Of a DNA stretch of 64,000 bases, positions 1 through 11,615 are shown piece by piece. This DNA comes from Vescimonas sp. Its GTDB lineage: Bacteria > Bacillota > Clostridia > Oscillospirales > Oscillospiraceae. The stretch lies in contig JAZTZR010000037.1 in NCBI GenBank assembly GCA_045637545.1, positions 435 through 64,434 on the forward strand. The letters are read 5' to 3'. The notes under the pieces were generated by a model. It was not told the DNA's origin. It ran no database searches and was given only the letters and a program-made list of their open reading frames with translations. Position numbers and translations under genes: made by a program. How positions within the stretch are numbered: position 1 is the stretch's first letter; each line of letters opens with the position of its first letter.

Positions 1-1137
1 CCTATGTATCAGAAGAAGGGCCTGTATCTGGAGTATGCCAGAGCAGTGAAGGAAGTGGTGGATGTGCCCATCCTCTGCGCCGGCCGTCTTGACGATCCTG
101 AACTGTCCTCTATGGCTGTCCGTGAGGGTTGGATCGACATGGTTTCTCTTGGTCGTCCGCTGCTGGCTGACCCTGACTATGTCAACAAGCTTCGCGCCGA
201 TAAGGTGGCGGATATCCGTCCCTGCATCAGTTGCCAGGAGGGCTGCATGGGCCGTATTCAGAACTACTCTCTGATCAACTGCGCCGTCAATCCTCAGTGT
301 GCCCGTGAGCGTGACTACGCCTACAACCCCATCCTGCAGAAGAAGCGTGTGGTCATTGTCGGTGGCGGTGTGGCAGGTATGGAGGCCGCCCGCGTGCTGG
401 CTATCCGTGGCCACGAACCCGTAATCTATGAGAAGGCTGACCATCTGGGCGGCGCTTTGGGTGAGGCAGGCGTACCCTCTTTCAAGGAGGACGATCTGGC
501 ACTGATCGCATGGTATGTCCATATGATGGACAAGCTGGGTGTGGAGGTGCATCTGAATTCCACTGTGACCCGTACCGATTTGGAGAAGATGACCTACGAT
601 GCGCTGATCGTGGCTACGGGCGCAACACCTAAGATGTTCGACTTGGGTAGCGGTATCCCGGTGACGGATGCCAAGACCATGCTCCGCAGCAAGGGCGAGG
701 GTATCGGCGAGACTGTCGTCGTGGTGGGCAGCGGTATGGTGGGCTGTGAGCTTGCACTGTGGTTGCGGAAAGACCTTGGAAAGCAGGTTGTACTGGTAGA
801 GCAGCTGGACAAGATCCTGTCGGTGAATGCACCTTTGTGCTCGGCCAATCGCGATATGCTGGCAGGCCTTGTAGCCTTCACGGGTTGTGATGTACGGGCA
901 AACACCACCGTAGTGGGTGTTACGGCCAATGGCGCTATCCTCAAGGATATGGCAACGGGTGAGGAGACGGAAATCAAGGCTGACGCTGTGGCACTGGCTG
1001 TGGGCTTTACCTCCGAACAGAGCCTCTTTGAGGAGATGCAGGATGCCGATGAGATTTACGCCGTGGGCGATTGTCGCCAGTTCAAGAATGTCCACCAGGC
1101 GATCTGGGATGCCTACGAAGTAGCGAACCATATCTAA
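1..1137 (+). CDS. NADH:flavin oxidoreductase / 2-enoate reductase-like (OYE barrel + Fe-S + FAD domain), 5'-truncated by the window edge
   Basis: LGRPLLADP, CISCQEGC-x11-CAVNP Fe-S motif, GGGVAGMEAA and GSGMVG Rossmann motifs; frame open from position 1. Confidence 0.85.
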   Translation, partial: PMYQKKGLYLEYARAVKEVVDVPILCAGRLDDPELSSMAVREGWIDMVSLGRPLLADPDYVNKLRADKVADIRPCISCQEGCMGRIQNYSLINCAVNPQCARERDYAYNPILQKKRVVIVGGGVAGMEAARVLAIRGHEPVIYEKADHLGGALGEAGVPSFKEDDLALIAWYVHMMDKLGVEVHLNSTVTRTDLEKMTYDALIVATGATPKMFDLGSGIPVTDAKTMLRSKGEGIGETVVVVGSGMVGCELALWLRKDLGKQVVLVEQLDKILSVNAPLCSANRDMLAGLVAFTGCDVRANTTVVGVTANGAILKDMATGEETEIKADAVALAVGFTSEQSLFEEMQDADEIYAVGDCRQFKNVHQAIWDAYEVANHI

Positions 1138-1138
1138 T

Positions 1139-1168
1139 AAAAAAGAGAGCCTTTCGGCTCTCTTTTTT
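1139..1168. terminator. Bidirectional intrinsic terminator
   Basis: aaaaaagagagcc-tttc-ggctctctttttt hairpin between convergent genes. Confidence 0.85.
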
Positions 1169-1173
1169 ACGCG

Positions 1174-2115
1174 TTATACAGCTGCCAGAATATGCATATT
1201 TCGTAATTCACTGTCTGCAATACGGTCATTGACAGAGTAGGCGTGCTTTTCCAGGTCGCCGCAGATGGCTTCGGTAAGCTGCTGATCCTGCAGGAGGGAA
1301 ATGACCTGTGAAGCCAGATCTTCCATTAGCTGTTGCTTCTCCTGTGCAGTGTCCTCATCGTTGGGGGTGCAGAGGAGATATTCCAGCACACGCGCCGATT
1401 CCGACAGCAGTGGAAGCTCCCGCAATGCGCGAAAGCGCCACTTATAGAAGGGGAGATAGCGCTCATTCAGCAGGAAGATGACAGAGAGTGCTGCATTGAC
1501 AAATTCGTTTATTGCCAGCTGTGCTGCGGCTGTTTCGCTGTGAGCGAGGCAGCGGGAGAAGTTATACTGTCCGGCCTGTGCCATCAGCAGCAGGTTGCCG
1601 GCCAACTTTTTGCACCGTATATCGTGGGGATAGCGGGCGAGATTTTGCCGGATGGTGCTGACCTCGCCGTAATTGTCAAAAAACAGTGTTCCGTTGGTAC
1701 ACTCGGCCAGTGCGTATTCCGGTACACGCAGCCAATCATAGAGGCTCAGTTCTCCGGTTGCACTGCCGATTTTTTCAGAGAAGAATTCATTTGTGCGCAG
1801 TGCGCCCTGTCGAGCACCGCCCACAGGCGTGACGAGACTGCGGCGCAGCCCCATAAATTCACGGGGCAGCTTGGCATAGGCCCGTTCCAACTGGAAGGAG
1901 GTACGACGGTCAACTATATCCTCTCCGGGAAGAAAGAGGCAGAAACCAGGCTCGAAGTCATGGTCTCGTGAAATTTCGTCATCATAACCGAAACACTCTG
2001 ATCCACTGCCAAATAATCCAACGGCCAGAAAGGGCAGGACCTCCGGAAACTGTTCTTCCAGTATGGGGCGGCCGTATTCCTCAAAAAATGCGCGGCTCAG
2101 ATCAAGCCCGTTCAT
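1174..2115 (-). CDS. DUF4037-domain protein (nucleotidyltransferase-like)
   Basis: VGLFGSGSECFGYDDEISRDHDFEPGF and PFYKW motifs typical of DUF4037 proteins. Confidence 0.75.
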   Translation of the reverse strand: MNGLDLSRAFFEEYGRPILEEQFPEVLPFLAVGLFGSGSECFGYDDEISRDHDFEPGFCLFLPGEDIVDRRTSFQLERAYAKLPREFMGLRRSLVTPVGGARQGALRTNEFFSEKIGSATGELSLYDWLRVPEYALAECTNGTLFFDNYGEVSTIRQNLARYPHDIRCKKLAGNLLLMAQAGQYNFSRCLAHSETAAAQLAINEFVNAALSVIFLLNERYLPFYKWRFRALRELPLLSESARVLEYLLCTPNDEDTAQEKQQLMEDLASQVISLLQDQQLTEAICGDLEKHAYSVNDRIADSELRNMHILAAV

Positions 2116-2926
2116 AGATCGTCCTCGCTCTCTGCTTCAAGTCATTGGCTACGAAAAAGTAGCCATAATAGTCAAAGGTAGGGGCGCACTTCTCACAGAC
2201 AAAGGCATAGTATCCGTTGCGGGGAAGGGAAGAGGTATCCAGCAGATCGGCAGCAATATCGAGGTACTGGGCAATTTTGGCTTCAGCTTTCTCCAAGCCA
2301 TGTTCAGCCTCCACCGCATTGGCCATATTCAAATAGGTAATGGCCTGCTCCAGTGCACCGTTTTCTGCACCGCCCATAATGTTCAATGCTTTCTTGTACA
2401 GTTCGTGAGCTTCACCGTAGCGACCGAGACTCACCAGCGTCAGCGCCATGTTGTTGTACAGACCACCTACGCGGGCATCATCGGGGGATAGCTCACAGTG
2501 ATAGATGGCTTGTGCCCGCTCGAAGAGGGGGAGGGCAGCCTCAGGTTGGGAGAAAGCCTGATAGACGGTAGCGGCATTGATACACACGGTAGCGGCGGCG
2601 ATAGAATCTTCGCCTACCTCATGGAGCAGTGCCAGTGCAGCCTTTGCGTGGGCGATGGCTTCCTCGCCTTCGCCCATCTTACGGGAAAAACCCATCCATT
2701 CGCTGTGTACACCAAAGGCACCGCGCAGGTCGCCTCCACTCTCCGCTTCGGCCAGCCAGAAAGTGAGGTGCCGCCGCGCAGCGGCAAAATCCTGTCGTCC
2801 CATATATTCGTCCAGCTTTTCGGCCACGCGTTCAAGGGGGATGCGCTTGACGGCGTTCTGATTCATGCATAAGGGACAGACGGGCTCCAGATAGTCCTCG
2901 GGAGAAAGATTGCGTCTATTTTCCAT
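2102..2926 (-). CDS. Tetratricopeptide-repeat protein with N-terminal CxxC
   Basis: Start re-assigned to ATG 2926 (GGAGG upstream); TPR-like repeats (YNNMALTLVSLGRYGEAHELYKKAL); overlaps the DUF4037 start. Confidence 0.75.
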   Translation of the reverse strand: MENRRNLSPEDYLEPVCPLCMNQNAVKRIPLERVAEKLDEYMGRQDFAAARRHLTFWLAEAESGGDLRGAFGVHSEWMGFSRKMGEGEEAIAHAKAALALLHEVGEDSIAAATVCINAATVYQAFSQPEAALPLFERAQAIYHCELSPDDARVGGLYNNMALTLVSLGRYGEAHELYKKALNIMGGAENGALEQAITYLNMANAVEAEHGLEKAEAKIAQYLDIAADLLDTSSLPRNGYYAFVCEKCAPTFDYYGYFFVANDLKQRARTIYERA

Positions 2927-3027
2927 GTGCAAACCTCCGTGTGCAATTTGTTTTGTATATACTACCACAACATTTTGCGGTTTACTTGTGGCATATATCA
3001 CACCGCCTGCAAAATGCGGTGTTTTTA

Positions 3028-3056
3028 TTGACATTGTTGCCGTCGTTTTGTAAAAT
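3028..3056 (+). promoter_or_regulatory. SigA promoter of rnpB
   Basis: TTGACA(3028-3033)-17 bp-TAAAAT(3051-3056). Confidence 0.8.
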
Positions 3057-3062
3057 AGACGA

Positions 3063-3420
3063 GCGAGGTGTTCAGACAGTCGCGGCGGCAAAGGCGAAAG
3101 CCTGCCGATGAGGAAAGTCCGGGCTCCACAGGGCGAGGATAACGGGTAACGCCCGCCGAAGGCGACTTCAGGAAAAGTGCAACAGAGATATACCGCCTTG
3201 TTGTCGGCTTATGCCGTTGACGAGGTAAGGGTGGAAAGGTGAGGTAAGAGCTCACCCGATGGCTCGAGAGTGCCCATCGCTGTAAACTCTATCCGGAGCA
3301 ACACCGCTATGGGGACGCATGGTTGGCCCGACCGTCTCCGAGGTGGCTTGATCGCCGCGGCAACGCGGCGGCTAGATAGATGACTGTCAACGACAGAACC
3401 CGGCTTACAGAACAGCTCGC
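3063..3420 (+). ncRNA. rnpB: RNase P RNA (bacterial type A)
   Basis: GAGGAAAGTCCGGGCTCC, AGTGCAACAGA, GGTAAGAG, GTAAAC..GGAGCAA, AGATAGATGA, ACAGAACCCGGCTTA; P1 pairing gcgaggtgttc/gaacagctcgc. Confidence 0.97.
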
Positions 3421-3427
3421 AGATATG

Positions 3428-3464
3428 GAAACAACGGCGTAAATCGCCGTTGTTTTCTTTTTTT
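3428..3464 (+). terminator. rnpB terminator
   Basis: gaaacaacggcg-taaat-cgccgttgtttt followed by a T-tract. Confidence 0.85.
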
Positions 3465-3621
3465 GATAAAATTGTTGTGTAAGATGCACAAAATGGCTTG
3501 CGTATTTTGCGGATATTTGTTGATAATAAGTCTTTACATTAGCGTGCTAAAGTGTTAGAGTGATAGCACAACAAGCGCGGCGGTGCGACAGGAACGCGAG
3601 GCCGCTGAAAAGGAGAAAAAT

Positions 3622-4440
3622 ATGAAAAAGTTTTTTGCAATGATGCTGGCACTGGTTATGGTGCTGTCTCTGGCCGCCTGCGGCGCCAAGGCTCCCGCTG
3701 ATGACGCTGCCACCCCCGATGACGGTGCTGTTGAAGATACCAAGATTGTCTACGCCGTTGAGGCCGGCTCCGCCGGTGAGGCTGCTGCTCAGGATAACGG
3801 TTTCGAGTTCGTTTCCGTTGAGACCCAGGCTACCGCTCTGATGGAAGTTCAGGCCGGTACTTCCGATGCCGCTATCATCGACTCCCTGATGGCCGCTGCC
3901 ATGGTGGGTGAGGGCACCAGCTATCCCGATCTGGTCATCACCGATCAGAAGCTGACCGAGGAGCTGTATGGCGCCGGTTGCCGCAAGGACAGCGACCTGA
4001 CCTCTTTCATCAATGAGGTGTTCTATGAGACCTACCAGTCCGGCAAGCTGCAGGAGATCGCTGCTACCTACGGTGTTGAGGCTGCTCTGATCGAGATGCC
4101 CGAGGCTGCTTTCGAACCCGCCGCTGAGAACAGCGATGTGGAGTACATCAAGGCCAATGGCAAGCTGGTGGTTGGTATCACCGATTTCGCCCCCATGGAT
4201 TATAAGGATGAGAACGGCGAGTGGATCGGCTTTGACGCTGACATGGCCAAGATCGTGGCTGAGAAGCTGGGTGTCGAGTGCGTGTTCGTCGAGATCGACT
4301 GGGGCAGCAAGATCATGGAGCTGGATGCCAAGAACATCGATGTGGTGTGGAACGGCATGACTCTGACCGACGCTGTTGTGGCCGCTATGAACTGCACCAA
4401 CCCCTACTGCAACAACGCTCAGGTGGTCATCACCAAGTAA
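3622..4440 (+). CDS. Polar amino-acid ABC transporter substrate-binding lipoprotein (family 3), apparently circularly permuted
   Basis: AGGAG RBS; lipobox LAAC; family-3 motifs GFDADMA, DW..., IDVVWNGMT, EELYG...RKDS present but in swapped order. Confidence 0.9.
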   Translation: MKKFFAMMLALVMVLSLAACGAKAPADDAATPDDGAVEDTKIVYAVEAGSAGEAAAQDNGFEFVSVETQATALMEVQAGTSDAAIIDSLMAAAMVGEGTSYPDLVITDQKLTEELYGAGCRKDSDLTSFINEVFYETYQSGKLQEIAATYGVEAALIEMPEAAFEPAAENSDVEYIKANGKLVVGITDFAPMDYKDENGEWIGFDADMAKIVAEKLGVECVFVEIDWGSKIMELDAKNIDVVWNGMTLTDAVVAAMNCTNPYCNNAQVVITK

Positions 4441-4461
4441 CAAACAAGATAACAATTTCAT

Positions 4462-4495
4462 CCGAAGGCAGAGAGCGGGTGCTCCCTGCCTTCGG
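4462..4495 (+). terminator. Intercistronic hairpin (mRNA stabiliser or partial terminator)
   Basis: ccgaaggcagagagc/gctccctgccttcgg stem between the binding-protein and permease genes. Confidence 0.55.
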
Positions 4496-4533
4496 GGCTG
4501 TTTTTGAGTACTGTATTTGAGGAGAAATCCCGT

Positions 4534-5190
4534 ATGTTTCTGACTGTAACGCTGAGCGTTTTGGGCGGCGTAGTGGAGCTGTTAAAGCTCTTTGCACTGA
4601 CGCTGCTGTTCTCGCTGCCTCTGGGCCTTGTGATCGCCTTCGGTCTTATGAGCCGTGTCAAGTTCATCCGCGCCGTATGCGATGTCTTTGTGTGGATCAT
4701 CCGCTCCACACCGCTGATGCTGCAGCTGATGATCGTTTTCTATGGTCCCGGCATGTGGTTTAACTTCAACCCCTGGAGCGCTATGGGTGATGGACGCATG
4801 ACTGCCTGCGTGGTGGCCTTCGTCATCAACTATGCCTGCTATTTTGCCGTGATTTATCGCGGTGGTATCGAGGGTGTCCCTATCGGTCAGCGCGAGGCCG
4901 GTGAGGTGCTGGGCATGACCAACAGCCAGATCTTCTTCAAGGTCACTCTGCTGCAGATGGTCAAGCGCATTGTGCCTCCTATGTCCAACGAGATCATTAC
5001 GCTGGTGAAGGATACCTCTCTTGCCCGTATTATCGGCGTTATTGAGGTGATCAAGGCCGGTGAGTCTTTCATGAAGTCTGCCGGTATCATCTGGCCTTTG
5101 TTCTACACGATGATCTACTACCTTATTCTGGTGGGCATCCTCACCATCCTCTTCAACTACATCGAGCGTAAGCTCAGCTACTTCAGATAA
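4534..5190 (+). CDS. Amino-acid ABC transporter permease
   Basis: RSTPLMLQL, RGGIEGVPIGQREAGEVLG (EAA loop), LVKDTSL. Confidence 0.92.
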   Translation: MFLTVTLSVLGGVVELLKLFALTLLFSLPLGLVIAFGLMSRVKFIRAVCDVFVWIIRSTPLMLQLMIVFYGPGMWFNFNPWSAMGDGRMTACVVAFVINYACYFAVIYRGGIEGVPIGQREAGEVLGMTNSQIFFKVTLLQMVKRIVPPMSNEIITLVKDTSLARIIGVIEVIKAGESFMKSAGIIWPLFYTMIYYLILVGILTILFNYIERKLSYFR

Positions 5191-5207
5191 TGGGAGGTGA
5201 AGCTGCT

Positions 5208-5978
5208 ATGACGATTTTGGATGTACAGAATATCGAAAAAAGCTTTGGCGCCACCCGCGTGCTGGAGAACATCAGCTTCACACTGGAAGAGGGACAGGCT
5301 CTGAGCATTATCGGTTCGTCCGGCAGCGGTAAGACTACGCTGCTGCGCTGCCTGAACTTCCTGGAGACCCCTGACAGCGGCAAGATCTTCGTGGGCGGCA
5401 AGAAGCTGTTTGACTCCGATGACCCCGCCACCCGCAGCGAGTCGGAGATCCGGAAAAAGCGTCTCCACTTCGGTCTTGTGTTCCAGAACTTCAACCTCTT
5501 TCCCCAGTATACGGCGCTGGAGAATGTGACGCTGGCCCGTAAGCTGATGGCCAAGAGCGAAAAAACCGGTGAGAGTGAGGAGCATATCCTCCGCGAGGGT
5601 AAGGCTCTGCTGGAGATGATGGGTCTTTCCGACCGTATGGAGAACTACCCCCATCAGCTCTCTGGCGGTCAGCAGCAGCGTGTGGCCATTGCCCGCGCCC
5701 TTGCCATGAAGCCCGACATTCTCTGCTTTGACGAGCCTACTTCCGCGCTTGACCCGGAGCTGACGGGCGAGGTGCTGAAGGTGATCCGCTCCCTTGCCGA
5801 GCAGCACACCACCATGATCATCGTCACCCATGAGATGGCGTTTGCCCGTGATGTGGCCGATCAGGTGATTTTCATGGACGGCGGTGTCATCGTGGAGCAG
5901 GGCGACGCCAAGCAGGTTATCGACCACCCCACGCAGGAGCGCACCCGCCAGTTCCTTGCCCGCTATTCTCAGGAATAA
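5208..5978 (+). CDS. Amino-acid ABC transporter ATP-binding protein
   Basis: GSSGSGKTT Walker A, LSGGQQQRVAIARAL, FDEPTSALDPE; GGAGG RBS before ATG 5208. Confidence 0.95.
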   Translation: MTILDVQNIEKSFGATRVLENISFTLEEGQALSIIGSSGSGKTTLLRCLNFLETPDSGKIFVGGKKLFDSDDPATRSESEIRKKRLHFGLVFQNFNLFPQYTALENVTLARKLMAKSEKTGESEEHILREGKALLEMMGLSDRMENYPHQLSGGQQQRVAIARALAMKPDILCFDEPTSALDPELTGEVLKVIRSLAEQHTTMIIVTHEMAFARDVADQVIFMDGGVIVEQGDAKQVIDHPTQERTRQFLARYSQE

Positions 5979-5985
5979 CGCCTAT

Positions 5986-6014
5986 AAAATCCACCCGGAA
6001 GGGTGGATTTTTTT
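5986..6014 (+). terminator. Intrinsic terminator
   Basis: aaaatccaccc-ggaa-gggtggattttttt. Confidence 0.85.
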
Positions 6015-6027
6015 CGGCTTCTCCGTG

Positions 6028-6056
6028 TTGAATATCGCACCGTATTGCAGTATAAT
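6028..6056 (+). promoter_or_regulatory. SigA promoter of murD
   Basis: TTGAAT-17 bp-TATAAT. Confidence 0.6.
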
Positions 6057-6093
6057 ATACAAGAGAAATTATGCGTATCAGGGAGGGTATCCC

Positions 6094-7479
6094 ATGAAAT
6101 TACAGGATTACATTGAATCTCTTCGCGGCCGTAGTGTGGCGGTCATTGGCATCGGCGTCAGTAATACGCCCCTCATTCGCCGTCTGTGCCAATCCGGTAT
6201 TGATGTGACCGCCTACGACAAGGCAAGTGCCGAGCAGTTAGGCGCACTGGCCGAGGAACTGACGGAGCTGGGTGCCAAGCTGCAGCTGGGGGAGGACTAT
6301 CTTGACCATCTGACACAGGATGTGATTTTCCGCACGCCGGGTCTGCGCCACGATGTACCTCAGTTGAAGGCGGCTGTGGAGCGTGGAGCCACCCTTACCT
6401 CTGAGATGGAGGTGTTCTTCGAGGTCTGCCCCTGTCCCATCATCGCCGTTACCGGCTCCGATGGCAAGACGACCACCACCACCATCATTGCCAAGCTTCT
6501 GGAGAAAGCGGGCTATACCGTCCACTTGGGCGGCAACATCGGCAATCCTTTGCTGTGTGAGGCTGATACTATGCGGGTCACCGACATCGCAGTGCTGGAA
6601 CTGTCCAGCTTCCAGCTGATGACCATGACCCACAGCGCCCATGTGGCGGTGATTACCAACCTCGCTCCCAACCATCTGGATGTGCATACCGACATGGAGG
6701 AGTATGTGGCCTCCAAGGAGAACATTTTTCTGCACCAGTGGGCAGGAGACAGCGTGATCCTCAACTACGATAATACCTTGACCCGCGCCGAGGCTGAGAA
6801 GGCTGTCGGGAATGTTCAGTTCTTCAGCCGTCTCGAGCAAGTGGAGGAGGGCACTTACCTCCGTGGCGATGTGATTTTCCGCCGCAGCGGGGGACAGGTG
6901 CAGCGCATCATGTCCGTGGAGGACATCAAGCTTCCCGGTATTCACAATGTGGAGAACTATCTGGCTGCTATTGCCGCTGTGGGCGATCTGGTGCCTGCCG
7001 AGGTGATCCGCGAGTTTGCCCGTGAGTTCGGCGGCGTGGAACACCGTATCGAGTTGGTGCGTACCTACCGCGGTGTGCGGTACTATAACGACTCCATCGC
7101 CTCCAGCCCCAGCCGCACCACGGCAGGTCTGCGCTCCTTCAAGGAGAAGGTGATCCTCATTGCCGGCGGCTATGATAAGCAGATTCCTTTTGACGATCTG
7201 GGAAAAGAAATCGTGGAGCATGTGAAACTCCTCGTCCTCTGCGGCGATACGGCGGAAAAGATCCGTGCCGCTGTGGAAGCTGCCCCCAACTATAAGACTG
7301 GTTACCCTGAGATTGTAATGGCTTCTCCCTTTACAACTGCGGTGGAAACAGCCCGCGACCGTGCAGCAGAGGGTGATGTGGTGACATTATCTCCTGCCTG
7401 TGCCGCTTTTGATCAGTTCAAGAACTTTATGGTGCGCGGCAAGACCTTCAAGGCTATTGTCAACAGCTGGGAGGAATAA
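6094..7479 (+). CDS. murD: UDP-N-acetylmuramoyl-L-alanine--D-glutamate ligase
   Basis: TGSDGKTTT, GGNIG, ELSSFQL, HRIE, YNDS, LSPACAAFDQF; start at ATG 6094 with GGAGG. Confidence 0.95.
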   Translation: MKLQDYIESLRGRSVAVIGIGVSNTPLIRRLCQSGIDVTAYDKASAEQLGALAEELTELGAKLQLGEDYLDHLTQDVIFRTPGLRHDVPQLKAAVERGATLTSEMEVFFEVCPCPIIAVTGSDGKTTTTTIIAKLLEKAGYTVHLGGNIGNPLLCEADTMRVTDIAVLELSSFQLMTMTHSAHVAVITNLAPNHLDVHTDMEEYVASKENIFLHQWAGDSVILNYDNTLTRAEAEKAVGNVQFFSRLEQVEEGTYLRGDVIFRRSGGQVQRIMSVEDIKLPGIHNVENYLAAIAAVGDLVPAEVIREFAREFGGVEHRIELVRTYRGVRYYNDSIASSPSRTTAGLRSFKEKVILIAGGYDKQIPFDDLGKEIVEHVKLLVLCGDTAEKIRAAVEAAPNYKTGYPEIVMASPFTTAVETARDRAAEGDVVTLSPACAAFDQFKNFMVRGKTFKAIVNSWEE

Positions 7480-7503
7480 GGAAAAGCCCTGCTGCCATAC
7501 CCT
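7473..7503 (+). promoter_or_regulatory. Putative SigE promoter of yunB
   Basis: GAATAA-~17 bp-CATACCCT resembles the SigE consensus ATA-N16-18-CATAcaxT. Confidence 0.45.
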
Positions 7504-7522
7504 TATCTGAAGGGGTGAGGGG

Positions 7523-10199
<2,677 letters not shown>

Positions 10200-10218
10200 A
10201 ATAAGGAGAAACAGTACC

Positions 10219-11496
10219 ATGGCAAGCAATACCGACCTCACTCTGCGGAGTAAGGTACTTTACAGCGTTTTTGTCCGTACCCATACCCCCGAGGGTACAT
10301 TCCGTGCCCTGGAGGGTGATCTGGATCGTCTTCGTTCGCTGGGGGTGGATATTCTGTGGCTCATGCCCATCCATCCCATCGGCCAGGTAAGCCGTAAGGG
10401 TACATGGGGAAGCCCCTACGCCATCCGTGACTACCGCGTCGTCAACCCCGACATGGGTACGGTGGAGGATTTGCAGCACCTTGTGGACGAGTGTCACAAG
10501 CGGGAGATGAAGCTGATCATCGATGTGGTGTATAACCACACCTCGCCCGATTCCGTGCTGGCTCACGAGCATCCCGAGTTTTTTCTGCGGGATGAGAATG
10601 GCAATCCCACCCGCCGCGTGGCGGATTGGAGCGACATTGTGGATCTAGACTACTCCAATGCTCCTTTGTGGGACTATCAGATCGAGACGCTGGTACAGTG
10701 GGCCAAAATCGTGGACGGTTTCCGCTGCGATGTGGCCAGCTCCGTGCGGGTGGAGTTCTGGTGCCGCGCCCGTGAGGCGGTGGCAGAGGTGCGTCCCGAT
10801 GCCATCTGGCTGGCTGAGAGCGTCCATGGTATCCACAACCGCAATCTCCGCTCCCATGGCGCTGTGGCCGTCAGTGACGGCGATCTCTATCGCGCCTTTG
10901 ATATTACTTACGACTACGATATCTGGCCCCATATTGAGGAGTGCTTTGAAGGTCCCCGAGGCCTCAAGACTTTCCTCCATATGCTGAACATGCAGGAGGC
11001 GGCCTACACGGAGAATTATATCAAGCTCCGCTGTATCGAGAATCACGATCAGCCCCGTGCCGCTTCCCGTGTGGAGTCGGAGGAGAGCCTGCGCAACTAT
11101 TTTGCCATGCTCTATTTCCTCCGCGGTACGACGCTGCTCTACAGTGGCATGGAGTTTGCACCCCGTCATCAGGTGAGCCTGTTTGAGAAGGAGGACTCCT
11201 TCGGCGAGAAGAACATCGACTTACAGGAGTATCTCCGCACACTGCGGAAGATGAAGGCAGCCTTGCCCCTTGCGGAAGGTGCTTTCTGGGCAGAAGAGGG
11301 AAGTGAGGGTATCGCCCTTATGTCCTATGACTGCCCCACACAGCATGTTCGCGGCGTCTTTGGACTCTACGGCCATCGCGGTACGGTGGCGGTGGAGCTT
11401 CCGGACGGAGAGTATGAAAACCTCCTGGGCGGAACTGTGACCGTAGAAAAGGGTTGCGTGGCCTTTACGGGCGAGCCCATGGTTTTCGGAAAATAA
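10219..11496 (+). CDS. GH13 alpha-amylase family glycoside hydrolase (cytoplasmic)
   Basis: DVVYNH, GFRCDVA, WLAE, ENHD conserved regions; no signal peptide. Confidence 0.9.
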   Translation: MASNTDLTLRSKVLYSVFVRTHTPEGTFRALEGDLDRLRSLGVDILWLMPIHPIGQVSRKGTWGSPYAIRDYRVVNPDMGTVEDLQHLVDECHKREMKLIIDVVYNHTSPDSVLAHEHPEFFLRDENGNPTRRVADWSDIVDLDYSNAPLWDYQIETLVQWAKIVDGFRCDVASSVRVEFWCRAREAVAEVRPDAIWLAESVHGIHNRNLRSHGAVAVSDGDLYRAFDITYDYDIWPHIEECFEGPRGLKTFLHMLNMQEAAYTENYIKLRCIENHDQPRAASRVESEESLRNYFAMLYFLRGTTLLYSGMEFAPRHQVSLFEKEDSFGEKNIDLQEYLRTLRKMKAALPLAEGAFWAEEGSEGIALMSYDCPTQHVRGVFGLYGHRGTVAVELPDGEYENLLGGTVTVEKGCVAFTGEPMVFGK

Positions 11497-11505
11497 GATA
11501 TTGCG

Positions 11506-11538
11506 GAAAACACCGTGACTTTTGTCACGGTGTTTTTG
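11506..11538 (+). terminator. Intrinsic terminator
   Basis: aaaacaccgtgac-tttt-gtcacggtgttttt. Confidence 0.85.
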
Positions 11539-11615
11539 TGAAATGAGGGGTGGCGCGACAGTCCATTGACTTTTTTTCGCCCCTCTTGTAAGATACTGCC
11601 CAGAGGTGATACTCC

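Noticed and set aside
3025-3489. Short minus-strand ORFs and the N-terminal extension of the TPR ORF to 3091
   Set aside because: They overlap rnpB and its promoter; the real TPR start is 2926 with an RBS.
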